NCBI GenBank assembly: GCA_965644295.1
Contig: CBFFRP010000431.1
Span: 310,001-374,000 of the forward strand
DNA from: Paraphysomonas bandaiensis
Taxonomy: Eukaryota > Protista > Chrysophyceae
Reading direction: 5' to 3'
Length of the DNA: 64,000 nucleotides
Shown here: piece by piece, positions 48,748-61,634 of the stretch
Position numbering within the stretch: position 1 is the first letter of the stretch
Layout of the letters: every line of letters starts with the position of its first letter
Translations under genes and position numbers: made by a program
The notes under the pieces: model-generated
Databases searched by the model: none
What the model was told of the DNA's origin: nothing
The model's input: the letters and a program-made list of their open reading frames with translations, nothing else

Positions 48748-51700
48748 ATGTCAAATACTACATCCATGCCTATATCACATTTGAAATCATCACTTATTGA
48801 TAGAGCCTCTACAGTCACTGATGAGTCCCCTCATATTATAGAAGGTATATATGGATCAAATGGTTTCTATTTTCAGGTAGTTTGATATGAATAACACTGT
48901 TAGAATGATATCTAATCTATGAATTTAGCAAAGAAGAGGTCGTCTTGATTTAAGAGGACTTGCTCAAATAGATTTAGATCGTGTAGTTCGAGATGTTGAT
49001 GTTGATGTGTTACAGGTAATATATATACATATGCATACATAGAGATAGACATACATACATATATAGAGATAGATATACTAATATATGTATATGAAAGTCT
49101 GATGAGGAATATAAATGCATCTGATATTCGCTATATACATCAGATGCATTTAGAAAACATTACGTTTTGCAACCTGAGAGAGGATGATCTGCGGTTCATA
49201 ACTGATCAACATGTCGTCAAGCTCTTCCGCACATCTCAGCTTATCATTGAATATCTACTATTCGCTCAAGAGCAACTGACAACGAACCTCAATACGCTTG
49301 CTTCTAAATATGCGCATAAAAAGAGGTTTGGTATATATATTTTTCGTTATCAGATGTAATTTTGATATGAAGGTCTCTGCTTCGTAAGCGGAAGGAGCTA
49401 GAAGAGCTACAAGAAAACAGCAAAGTCCTACGAGCCCAGCTTCGGTCGAAGAAAAAGGGAATTCAGACTTTAGAGGGTCTACTTAAGGACGCTTCGAACG
49501 CTAAGCAGAGACCTAAACGGGTGAAGTCTCCTCCACCCCCCGTAATGCCGTCACAACCGGCTGAACAGCCGGTGCCGGTTAAACCATTAGTATGCAAGTT
49601 CTTTGTGGCTGGTCCTAATGGGCTGTGCGTCGAGTTCAATACACGAAATTCCTCTACTGTACACGAACTGAAGCGGGAGGTGAAGCAAGCTTTTGTATCC
49701 AAACGAGATATGGAAGATGACGAATTGGGACCTGACCCTGTGATTAGTTTGGTGTACCGGGGTGTGGTCCTACTGAATGAAAATACACTAGAAGAAGTGG
49801 ATATACGACATGGTGACACTGTCGTGGCTGTTATTGAGAAAAACAAGCATGTTTCGAAAGCAGTAGAACCCCCAGTGCAGAGCGATCAGGTGGGGAATAA
49901 GGAAATGATGGAATTTCTCGCTCGCCAGCATGAGAAGACCTCTGCTGAGATGAGGTTAGTGATCGCACACTTCATGTCGTGATCGTATTAGTAATGCCGA
50001 TATGTAAATGTATCACGTATAGGGACGGGTGGAAAGGTCTAATGGAAACAGTTGTGTCTGCTCTGCGTCAGCCACAGACGTCCTCTCCGCGTAGCCCTAG
50101 TCCCTCCAACGATGCTATCATATCTAAAGTAGACGATCGACTCTCTCAGATTGAGAGGGCAATGCGAGAGCAACTTAATTCACAATATGAACAAATGAAG
50201 GTGATGCTAGAGCGCTATATCTCCGTCTATCGCTTAACAGTAGTGTTTTTGTTTGAAGGGAACATTCAACCAGATGCAGACAACTAACCCGCGCTTCATT
50301 GTTGGCGACCTCGAGAGCGATACAGATGACCGCTTGCTGAGCCGGGAAGAAATAGAGAGGAAATTGCGGGCATCTTACAATAAACTGAAAGGACTTGAAG
50401 ACAAGGTGTGGGTTCTGCCACGAAGTGTTGAATGAAAACATTTTGTATAGTTGCTTGCCGTCATGTAACTTCACACAATGACTATGTGCTCAGATTGATT
50501 CGTCCGAGTTAAGTTACGAGGATCTGAAGCGGCTACAACGACGCCAAGCACAAGAGATTGAGGATCTTCGGCGTATGATGTCTGAACGATCGGCACCCAC
50601 TCCGACAATAATATATCAGCAGCAGCCCACCCCAACTCAGCCGAAAGTTCAGGTCGATGCAGCTGTTGAGACATCTCCAAAGATATCCCGTAAGAACGTA
50701 ACACGGGCAGCGCGGAAAGCTCCGGAGCCAGAGCCTGTCAAGGCACCTCCGAAAGAGCCAGAGCCTGTGAAGGAAACCCCTGCTATTGTTCCGAAGGTGT
50801 CCCCTGCTCCAGTCATTAAAAAGCCTCCTGTCCCTGAACCCGAGCCAGCACCTGAGCCCGCGACGTTGTCGATATTCTTTTCCCCGAAGTACAACCGTGT
50901 GCTTCCATCGATGGGCCTCAGCAATGGGGTAGAAGTTGTGGTTTCACAGTAAGTGTTTACTCCTCATAATATTACGAATTAATAATCGTTCTCTACAGGG
51001 ATATCTCTGCTGATGATTTGGTATTCGAATTGAGACGTAAAATTGCTGAACAAGCCAACCTACCCCTGGCACGTGTGGCGCTGCACGACGGCAGCAGAAC
51101 CATATCACTTGGTGTGGATGTTGATCCTGATACATTCACTGCCGCAACTGTTCACTCAATGGTTGAGACAGGGGAGCTGGTTGTTGAGCTCAGGAACCCA
51201 GTCACAGGTACATTATGATATTTTCATCTATATGTTTTCTTGAACAAGGGATATGTGGTATGCATTTCGACAATGATTTGTGTTTGTATTGTACAGCTAT
51301 GATGTGTCATGTGCTATATATTTGATCATACTTTTGGCGTAGATGCTCAGATCGACGTGTTGGTAAACCAATGGGAGCACTCTGATAGTGATACTCCTCG
51401 CAACTCGTTTGATGGCACTCGATCCTCTCGTATGGGCAGTCTGTCTCTAGGAAAGGTTCCGGAATCCACGCGACGTGACAGCGATGAGATATACTTCCGC
51501 ACACTGCAACGAAGTCGCGACTTGGGCGATTCATTGAACTACGAGGATAATGATGGCGACAGTGAAGATGAAAATGAGCTGAAGGGGATCAGGAGCTCAT
51601 TGGACCAATTTTTGGGAGAAGTGAGCGACAAAGGAAGTCTTACCGATGACGAGCTTCGTGAAAAGGTGTGGTAGTGAATAAAGTACGACAAATGGTTTTC

Positions 51701-52754
51701 ATATGCCATTTTGTAGATGGACAGACTCAAAGGAACCATTGGGAATGCCCCGAAAAAGATAGAGAAGAAAATAACGTGAGTTTTTAGAAATGAATATCAG
51801 TGAGTATTTAATTTCCGATGGAATGAACTATAATGCAGGGAGTATTCCGATTCTGTTCCTCGTGAAGTTAACCTTGCTGTGGACTCTGGCTCCGAAGATT
51901 ACCTTTCTGATCGGAAGTCGAGGGGCGTAGCTTCTCTTCGCCTGTCGTCCTCGTCGTTTCGGCGCAGTGGCAAACATGCACTTGGTATTGGTCGATTTCA
52001 GAAACGTGACTATGACAGCGCGGCGGACGAGGATGACCTCACACTAACCGGCTCTCTGTCCCAGCGCAGTTCAGCATTTCCTCCCCGCGGCGTGCGGTAT
52101 TCTTCAGGAGATGAAAGCCAAGATGCCATGTACAGTGACGATAAAGAGTACGCTGGTCTCAAGTATCATCGGGAAGGGTATTACAAGAAAGATGATGACG
52201 ACGCGGCAAACAGCCATAGATCGTCATCTATTGGTCGTTCGTCAGCATCTTCGAGGCGAAGGTATGACGACAATTACGATGACGATAAAGCTTACAATGA
52301 GTCAACTTTGGGTACCTTGGAGTCCACCCAAGAAACACAGTATGATGGCGATATCAAAGATTCAACGGTTGGTTTCGATGCGACTGGCACTGGTACAGTA
52401 TCCGGCGGAACGTATGTCAGTGAGGTATCCGGGGATGGAGATGTTGACCTTGACCGGACTGTTGATACGAATGTATCTATGCCCGAAGGGAGTGTTACGT
52501 ACAGAGCTAACGAATATGAGCGTGCGGCTCTGCGGGAGGAAGCCGTTCCCCGTGACCGATCATCTAACCCAGTCACTCCCGTCCGTGGACTTGCTACACC
52601 TCCAGGTCACCGCGTACCATCTACCGGAACCGCCTCACCATTTGATAACATGCTCTCTGATGAGGATGACGGGAGTCTTGAACTATCGCAATCTCATGAC
52701 ACATTTGCCAATATTACACAAGACCCTCGAAATGATACAGTGCAGAGGTTTTAG
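48748..52754 (+). CDS. DZIP1/Iguana-like ciliary basal-body protein with ubiquitin-like domain(s) and acidic low-complexity tail (multi-exon)
   Basis: Exons 48748-48876, 48929-49015 and 49144-49325 splice to FYFQQRRGRLDLRGLAQIDLDRVVRDVDVDVLQMHLENITFCNL...VKLFRTSQLIIEYLLFAQEQL, the Dzip-like N domain. A coiled coil, a Ubl-like segment (~49590-49835), a Pro-rich linker and a D/E/S-rich tail follow, ending at the stop at 52754. Later exon boundaries are approximate. Confidence 0.8.
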
Positions 52755-53277
52755 TTGTCACATATATACTGTAAGCAGATAGTAACAGTGTAGTAGTAGT
52801 AATTCTTTTGTTCTATAATGTGTAATGAATATTAAGCTTTGTTGAGGTTTGCGTATTTGTAAGCAATCGAAAGCTGTATTTGAAGGTATTCAAATTATGA
52901 CTATTAGTTTAACAATACAGTAGTCGACTACGGTAGGACATAAATTAACGATATAATATGAATCAGTTAGAAAAACTGAAATACTTTGACTGTATTAGGT
53001 GTTAGATCTGAGATCGTACCTATCTAAGATCTGATAACAATTATTGGTGGTAGAGAGATTGTAATCTTAGCAAATGACGATTAATGAAACGTGACGTTGA
53101 TTATAATTTACTAATTGATAATTGCCTATCCTCTTTTGTCTAAAAAATGCTTTTTACCTGATTTGGGTTCAACAAAATGTTCATATTAGCACCGGGCAAA
53201 TACAAGCATTCAACTTCAATATTCGGTTCGAATAAGTGTCACTTGTGTATCTTTGGGTCTTGTGACGAATAAACAGA

Positions 53278-53472
53278 CATCCGGGAATAGTCCCACCTCA
53301 AGGGTATCCGGAGTATTGGCTGAAGTCAAGCATCCGGGCTGTTTACTTTAAGGACTCTAGAATCCTGAAGTTAGTAAATGTCAGGTATATCAACACTGCT
53401 TGATCACTGCGTTTTGCGTTTGCTTTGAGTGATAGGGCGAAAGTGGTTGCACCTTGGTGCTTGCGGCGACTC
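53278..53472 (-). mobile_element. Dispersed repeat copy B (inverted relative to 46375-46626)
   Basis: Reverse complement aligns to copy A with roughly three-quarters identity by eye, including indels. Confidence 0.7.
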
Positions 53473-53639
53473 AGTAGCAGATTTCGTGGCGTTAAAAAGT
53501 AGGATATCGGAGTAAAGCACAAGGCATTCACTACGTTTGCTGGATAGTTCACATGCCACATCAACCCCGTTTCAAAATTTTGAGCGCGAGACGATATATA
53601 GCCTATATATAACCCGCGGTAAATATAAGCTATTTTAAA

Positions 53640-53913
53640 CAGGGCCTGGTAACCATTAATGGTAATGGCACCGCACTCTCTATCAGGGCTGCGTAACAAT
53701 GAATTGACACAGGTTGTAGTCTATTATTATTGCAATTATGATTTGATGTCCCAATTTCAATAATTGACAATAACGCAGCCCTGCTCTATATTATTTGCGA
53801 TATTGTCGATTATCTAATTAGGTATTAATGACCATTATAATTGCCGGGACATTTTCATTACTGCCGTTAAAATTTCCAGGAACTGGACACCCATTAATGG
53901 TTACCAGGCCCTG
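53640..53913. mobile_element. MITE with 23-bp perfect TIRs (hAT-like CAGGG ends)
   Basis: CAGGGCCTGGTAACCATTAATGG at 53640 and its exact reverse complement at 53891-53913; flanks attttaaa / atttagag are at best a decayed TSD. Confidence 0.85.
53684..53783. mobile_element. 100-bp MITE nested inside the 53640-53913 element
   Basis: TIR CAGGGCTGCGT ... ACGCAGCCCTG; 8-bp flanks ctctctat / ctctatat (7/8 match), consistent with an hAT-type 8-bp TSD. Confidence 0.8.
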
Positions 53914-54387
53914 ATTTAGAGATTAAGTTTATACGACCCTATTGTATAATCTTGTCAAGCTTCAGTAATAAGTGAATACGTGATTACTAACGACTTCAGA
54001 AATCAAGGAATTGTACACAACTAGATTTTTTTTCGAACCATCAATTGAATTAATTATCACAAATTCGAAGAGATATTAACAGCAATACTACTATAACATC
54101 TATTTCTAAAAACAGTACAATATTTGATATTACAATACGCACACACTACATCCAATAAATCGTCTAACTGCGTAAGAATACATGATATATAAATGAGTAA
54201 CCTAGGTCTATGTTGTGTAATGTTAAATACACATATCCAACACCGCACCGACATCTACTGCATATAATTATAATCTGTGATGAATATTATCACTTCTTCA
54301 CAAACACTTCGAGGTGTATAATACAAATGCCGAAGCAATAATATACTAATATAACTATCGATATATGATACTCCTTTCTTAATTCGG

Positions 54388-55509
54388 TCAGTCCGGCATT
54401 ACTGACAAATGACCCGAACTAGAAACGGAGTGAGTTTCCTGCTGCATTGATGGCTGCGTGGATGTACTTGCGCGGTTGACAACTTCCTTTATTGGAGGTG
54501 GTTGGGCCTGCTGCTGCGGTGGCGCGAGAGCGCTAACAGCACTGCCAAGTAAATGTTTCACAGCATTTTTTATAACTGCGCCCTTATGTAGGGTCCACTT
54601 CACAGGTTTATAGCGGGGCTTCGTTACAGCAACTAAGCCATCTGTAACTGTCTCTTCCGGTTGAATGCGATTAGGGTATCGAACTTGGAAGGGCGATGAA
54701 GGTGGAGTCGTGGGGATATCAACGGGCGCGACTTCTAAAAATCTGTTCTCCGTTATGCTTTCTTCTTCTTGCCGATAGGCAGCAGCGGCAGCTTCAACGC
54801 GGCTATGGGCTGTGTAGTACTCCTCAGCGCTTACAAAGCACGAGAAGTCCAGTATTTCTACCAACTTCAGCTCCAATGCATTCACACGTTCAACTTCAAG
54901 CATGCCGTTTCCAATGGAGGAGGCGAAGTCACAGTTTAACATCGAGAAGTCGTCAAATATTTTACACGACAGTAAACAGCACGTCATAAATGCCGCTTTC
55001 CAGTTGTACGAGCACAACCGGAATTCCATGTTTGTAATTCTCATTATTCTTTCAACGTAAATGAGGGCTATGATCATGTGCTCGTATTCCACACTAGCAT
55101 TCTGATGAAGTAATGTGACAAACCTCTCGATAGTTCGAATCGGTACATCCTAAAATACATAATCCATTAGAAAAATATTACACACATACATATATATATC
55201 ACTGACCTCAGCGGAGTGACTATATTCCGTTAAGATAATATCACAACCACCTTTATTAAACACACTATAAGATGAAGAAGGAAAGTATCCTTCCACTTCA
55301 GCATCTTCAATATGTGCAGAAATAACTGAAGCCACTGAATGGACTCTATAAATATCTATACTTTCAAAGTATTCCTTTTTTGATGATTGTTTTTTTATAC
55401 ATCTTTTCACTGGTGTATCTGAACTATCAGTAAATACCGACCATTTAAGCTCATCAGAGCTTTCTTTTGGTGTTGAAATACTATCTGATAGATTCAATTT
55501 CAGAATCAT
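54388..55509 (-). CDS. Cyclin of the cyclin Y / Pho80 (P/U-type) group; exons 55509-55207 and 55149-54388
   Basis: Cyclin box 'MIIALIYVERIM...YNWKAAFMTCCLLSCKIFDDFSMLNCDFA...VNALELKLVEILDF'. A 57-nt GT-AG intron joins the two ORFs in frame. Confidence 0.88.
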
Positions 55510-56356
55510 TATAAATAATTAATAATTCAAATTCATTTTCAGTTTTTTACGTGTAAATGGTGTATGTATATCATAAATGTTCATCATGTTATATGATCAT
55601 ATGATAATACAAATGAATCTAATACTTTTAATTCATATGGTTAATCATTCTTAATGCTAATCCATATGGAGATGACTGTGTATGTCTATGTCTGTGTATG
55701 TCTATGTATGATGTATGTGTATGTGTCTATAGGAGTGAAACTATCATCATCATTTTATTCTGAATGGATGAAGTGACTTTTTAGAATTACGATTTTTTAG
55801 GGAAGTAAAAAATTTTCTTTATATTTTCAGGTACGAAATTTGATTTTAATGACTGAATATAAGCGTATGTGAAGGGAGAAAGAAAATTCATTGTTTTTCC
55901 GTTACTATATATCTCATACACTCATTTTAGTTTCAAAAAATGAATGGTTTTCAGGTTACTTCATCTTCACCACCACCAGATTACAAAATACATCTTTCTT
56001 TTTTTAATTTCTACACTTCTAGATTATTCTGAAAAAATGCGATTTTCTAACTCTTCAAATAAACAAAATTTGGTGGTGATATATACCAGTGAATGGACCG
56101 GACCAGCAGCTGACCAATCCAATCCATATAATCATTGTACGTAAACTACTATACTACTATATGGTACATATAAAAAAAAGTAAAGAAAAGTTTGGAAATT
56201 TTTATGGACATAATTTTTAGGAGTATACATACATACATTACGCACTTTACCCTCCATATCATTTAAACACATCACACGTGGAACCTTCTAATAACTGCAT
56301 GACTTGATTACCTCTCTATATTTCATGATATTCATTATTGTCAATTGATTTATTAT

Positions 56357-58168
56357 ATGACAACTCCACGTAAAGCATTTAACGAAATCAATTTAATACT
56401 ATCACCAACTAGTACACATATGGGATATAGAGACAACACTCCTATTAAATCATCTAATGGGATTGATTCGGATCGATTAATACAGTTAGAAAAGACAGGA
56501 GAGGTAGAGTCATGCTTTTTAACCCCAGAGAAAACGGCCAATGATGCCAAAATATTATCTCCAATAGCACTGGCGAGGTTGATTACTTATGCCATTGAAC
56601 TGAAAGGTCCAACACGTATTGGAGAAATTGGAAAGTTCTTACAGCTTGCTACTGGAAATGAGGGGATTGTACTATTTATCAAAATGCAGTTAAAAGGTCT
56701 CAAGAACCTCCTTTTGGGATTTAGTTCTCTGTTTCGATTAGGCAATGACCACCCTTTCAACCCGACAGTGTACTTAAGTGACTCATATATATCCAAAATG
56801 AATACACTGAGGGCACAAGCTCAGGAAGAACTACAACCTTTTTATTCGTATGACAGTGGCATTTTTCAACAATTCCCCATTGCTGGAGTGACGTGCCCAG
56901 TGTCACAGGACGGTGAGCGACCAAGTGACCTCAGCGACGCAACTGGTACTACTCGTAGTCGTAGTCGAAGCAACAGCACTGAAGGGCTTGATGGCGCTGT
57001 CAGCAGTCCCACCCGATTGAATGGGACAGACGAGAGTCATACGGAGTATGGGACGCATCTGCAAGCATCTGCAGAAGCTCTTGCTCAGAATATAGGTGCA
57101 CCTTATTCAAATATATACTGTTCCGTAATGACAAGTTCATACAGTGCTTATACTGGAGGAGAGAGGCCCGATGCCTGTGGGAGAGATCGGAAAATTCCTA
57201 CAGCTGTACACGGCTTCAGGTAACACAGTAACTTTATTGGCCGTTTAGTTGTCACACAGCTTATAGGAAGTGAAATGTCCCATTATATCAAGGCCCAATT
57301 CCGTGGGCTTCGGAAGCTAATAGCTGGTTTCAGACGACTCTTTACTATGGATCAGTCACATCCATTTAACCCTTGTGTGCATCTCTCCGCAGAGTATATG
57401 TCATACAGCAATGCCGAACGAAGCACTTTGGACCTCTCACCACTCTTTGTGTTTGAGCCGGTTTCTACAGTACTGTCGCCTACATCTGACTGCGACAAAT
57501 TCTCTGCGTCCAGTAGCAACACAAATGCACTTTTGAAAACCTCCCAGAAGAACTCTACCAATAAACAGAAGAAGTCCAAGAAGTCATCCCCAGCTGGAAA
57601 ATCCAAAGGGGTGCAAGGAAAGCCCAATAACGGACAACCACAGCATTGGACTGGCCTCTGTGGGGACGGACAACAGGGAGCGGAAGGATTCATGCAGCAC
57701 TGTAATATGAACTTACAGTATTATTCGTACGGTCAGCAGTGCTCCATTAACGATCCGCACAGTACATATAGTGAAGAGTATCCTGTTCTCACTAGTAGCA
57801 CACGACACTCGTCAGGCGAAGCTACGGCGTCACTCTACAGTTCCGCTGTCGAAAACGGGTGGTTAGGGACCTCCAGAGATCGTTCTCAGGCATTAGAATG
57901 CGATCCCTCCACAAATAATACAGCTCCTCCCCCCTCCTCTTGGGGCGCTTATAAGGCATCCATTAACTCCACAGTAGAGGTACCTATTCCTCATGCAGAT
58001 ACTTCCAATAGAGACAGTTGTGTATCCTGTTTGGAGCCTTATTTTGCCGGGATGAGAATTCCAGATCAAACTTTTGTAGGCAGTCCAGATGATAGCAAGC
58101 AAATGATGTGCATGTCTCCAAGTTATATCAGGCATTCACACATTTTAAATATGTTGGATATTGAGTGA
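56357..58168 (+). CDS. Protein with two copies of a ~70-aa LOTUS/OST-HTH-like winged-helix domain; exons 56357-57095, 57145-57219, 57267-58168
   Basis: Copy 1: LARLITYAIELKGPTRIGEIGKFLQLATG...FIKMQLKGLKNLL...FRLGNDHPFNPTVYL. Copy 2 appears only after splicing: LAQNIVLILEERGPMPVGEIGKFLQLYTAS...YIKAQFRGLRKLI...FTMDQSHPFNPCVHL. Confidence 0.8.
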
Positions 58169-59317
58169 GCGACAAATCCATATCAATTTAATAAATGAGT
58201 CATGATTGCCATTAGTAGTTCCCAATATTTGTTATCATGAAGTTTATGGTGTAAACTATCTGCTACTATGGGGTGAATTGGACAACGGAATATTGCAATA
58301 ATACTACATGAGAATGATAACTAGTCCAGTAGTAAACACGACAATTATTGACCAGAAGTCTGCTACTAACTAACAATTATTAAGCCCCACTAACTAACAA
58401 TTATACTGCAAATTAACAGGCTACTATTCGGTCAGAAACTAGGTGTAAGATCAAACTTAACATTTTCTCGCAATTCACTAGTTCAAGTATGAATGACCAT
58501 TAGAAAATTGCTTATTTTTAGAGCATTCCAATGGTTGTGTTTTTTATATATTTTACCTTGTGTTCTACGCAGTTGCTGTATAGTCGCATCATGAATTCTT
58601 TAGTTATGTTAAATGTTAAACTATACACTGGTAGTTTAACCACGCTAGGTCATTCTACTTAGACACTAATGGAAAGTACTAAAGAAATTTTTTACTTCCG
58701 AAGAGAAGATGTAGCAGTGTTCGACAAAGTAGTTATAGTTTTAACACGTTCTACCTGTCAAGGGTCGCGTTAAGCAATTCCTGTACAAATAAACACTTCT
58801 CTATTTGAGATTCGATTTCACAATCAGGTTTCTAACTCTTCTTACGAGCGATTTATCATTCAAAGCCAGGCTTTCACTGCCATCAATCATACATGATCAT
58901 TCTACAGCTGTATATAAAATATATCCTATCATATGTATATATATGTATATATAGATAGTCATCGTCCATGACAACTAACAACTACTATTCAGACACTCAT
59001 ATGATCATTCATCATACTTCTTATAGTGAGGTACATATCAACTATCGCAATTATGTTAAGAATACTCATATGAATATCATTGATTTATATAATAGCATAG
59101 CAGTCAGTGCATTGCATCCATATGCAGATCTTGATATCGCTCTATTTACGACTGCACACATATGATATCCAGATATCTAGATATATTGAGTACAATACAT
59201 ATTTAACCTTCAAAAGTCCCTAAATTTTATATTTTCCATTTATAAATCCTTCATATTTATACAAATCTTGTTTATTTCAGAAAATTTTATCTATATATCC
59301 CGTATTTTATGATTTAT

Positions 59318-59860
59318 ATGGAGGAGTTTCGTAAAGAAAGTGCGTATATAAACTAGGCCTACTTGCTTAATGTGTGTAACCTACTAGAGTTGTAAACATT
59401 ACGGCAACAAGTGTTTGTTATTATAATATTAAACCATATTATCATCATAATGAATCTCATAAAAGGTCCCAAAGAATGTTTGGAAGTTATTCAGTTGCTT
59501 ACTGATAAATTCACTGATATAAAGCTTCAACAAGAGGCTGATATTGCTCTACTTAATTCATGTGGTCAAGTTGCTGTTGAATGTGTAGAAAAAAATGTAA
59601 AACTTGCTAATAAATGGTTACAAGAATGGGTTGATGAGGAAATATCATCATCTCAAACCCCTGAGGCTAGTTCTAAGCGTCAATCAATACGTTTTTATGA
59701 TTTTCTAGCATTATGTGAAATTTTCATGGATGCCGCTCCAGAGATTGCAGATGAACTCATTGCATTGGAGTCAGTGTTCATTCCTTTTGGACCTCAATTG
59801 CTACCTCCTGTTCAAAAAAGTAATCCTAAAGCTCAGAGCAATAAGAAATCAAAGAGTTGA
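59318..59860 (+). CDS. Small uncharacterised protein, probably with short 5' exons
   Basis: Coding-like ORF 59451-59860 (PKECLEVIQLL...KKSKS). An upstream ATG at 59318 (MEEFRKE) followed by GT suggests 5' exons; the structure is uncertain. Confidence 0.55.
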
Positions 59861-61634
59861 GATGGGAGTCTGTTTCGTTTTCTTCACATCAAGCATAAAT
59901 GCTATATATACCATTTCAATACATTGCTTCCATATGAAATTTTCAATGCAAGTCACTGGAACGGATAGTGGAATTATGATCGCAGAAACGTATTGTACGA
60001 TTCTTGAAAGGTGCTTCCAAACCTCAGCTAACGCCCCTACAAGGTTATCCTGATAAGACCTCACAATGTTCTGTATGCTATGAGTGCAAGGACTACGAGT
60101 AGTGGATGGATATAGGCACATAGATGAAGTCAGTAGCTGGAGAACATGTTAGTTTTGCCAATAGTCTTGCATTTCGACTTTTATGTCATAATTATAAGTG
60201 CAATACCGAGTTGTAGTATTACTAGCACTCTATCTCTGCTTCCAACGGTAGATGTCATGTCAATATCCATTATTTATATAATGCAAATAAAATTATAAGA
60301 ATACGTAGTTTTAATTACAAGTGATGAAAGGTGTATGAATAATAAACCTCGTATATATCTGCTTTGCTTTTAGTTGAAAAATAGCGTGACAGTTTCTAAC
60401 GCCAGAATTACATAGTGCATAGGTACTTGTTATATCTCATATAAAATATTTTTGCATAGCATTATCCGTATCTCTTACGTATTAGAGTGATGTTAGTTGT
60501 TATTCTTTTTCTGTATGTACATAATCAATGACACAGCTAGGGAACAAGTAATGTCAAAAGTCATTATATTGCAGTAGTATTGTGTATTGTTGGATAGAAA
60601 AGTGGTGCATTATTATTGAAGGGAACCTAGCTTACTATACTTTTGCAGTATACTACCTGTTCCCTAACCCTAATCAATAACAGTCATCCACGCCATTAGT
60701 CTATTCATAATTCTAGTTTACGTAAGCACCACTGTTCACGTGCGAAGCATAATCAATTTCTTGTACGTAAATATTATATACTGTCGTCACTCCTTACATA
60801 AGTAATATGACACGAATTCCTTACGAATGAGTAGTCTTAGCCTGTACTGATCAATTGTATCTGTTCGTACAAAAGTACAAAACTACATGAGGCAATTTAT
60901 CTCACCCCGGCTGTGGAATGAGGAGCAGTTGATCAGCTACTCTTTCGGGGCAATTTGAGTTTTAACATAACATGCCAGGGTGAACAGTAAGTGTCAGAAA
61001 GCCAAAGATTTGTTCAGCGCATACTTTTAGCTGCCTCTTGTGATTATGATGAGGGCCATATACCCACAATTGAAATTAAAATGTCTTCGATACTGATGTA
61101 AACCGACCTGAAAGTGTGCCTTGTTGTTATTTCTACACTTCGCTACATTCACAGTCCAGAGTATATGCATTTCATATCTCAATACCAAGAGTTTACTATA
61201 TCTTGTACAAGAGCGGAGGATATGATGCATAGATATGGTGATACATTCATGATTTCAACTGCTTGATATACGCTGTATTTGACGCTGTATTCTGTATTGA
61301 ATCTTTAAGCTTGACGGTTATCACTAGAATACGGAATACAATCATTATACTGCCGTATAATACAATACAACCCTCCAAAAACAACCGTTTTACACATAAT
61401 TTAAATGTAAGTATGTGTGTATGTAGAGCTTAACTATGTATATGTCTGTAGGTGTATGTATGTATGTGTGTATATGTATATATGTATGTGTGTGTGCAGG
61501 TGGTATGTATGTATATATGCTCATCTATAATTCTATCATCAGTAACCTCTCAGCTTATTCATATACAATACACGAGTGAAAACATCTCATAACTTCCTTC
61601 TCTATCTAAACTATTCTTCTAATCTATTAATCTA

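Noticed and set aside
52111-52782. 223-aa alternative-frame ORF overlapping the last exon of the DZIP1-like gene
   Set aside because: Met/Thr-rich composition is the frame-shifted reading of Asp codons (GAT/GAC) in the acidic tail.
60662-60673. Telomere-like CCCTAACCCTAA
   Set aside because: Only two units; expected by chance.
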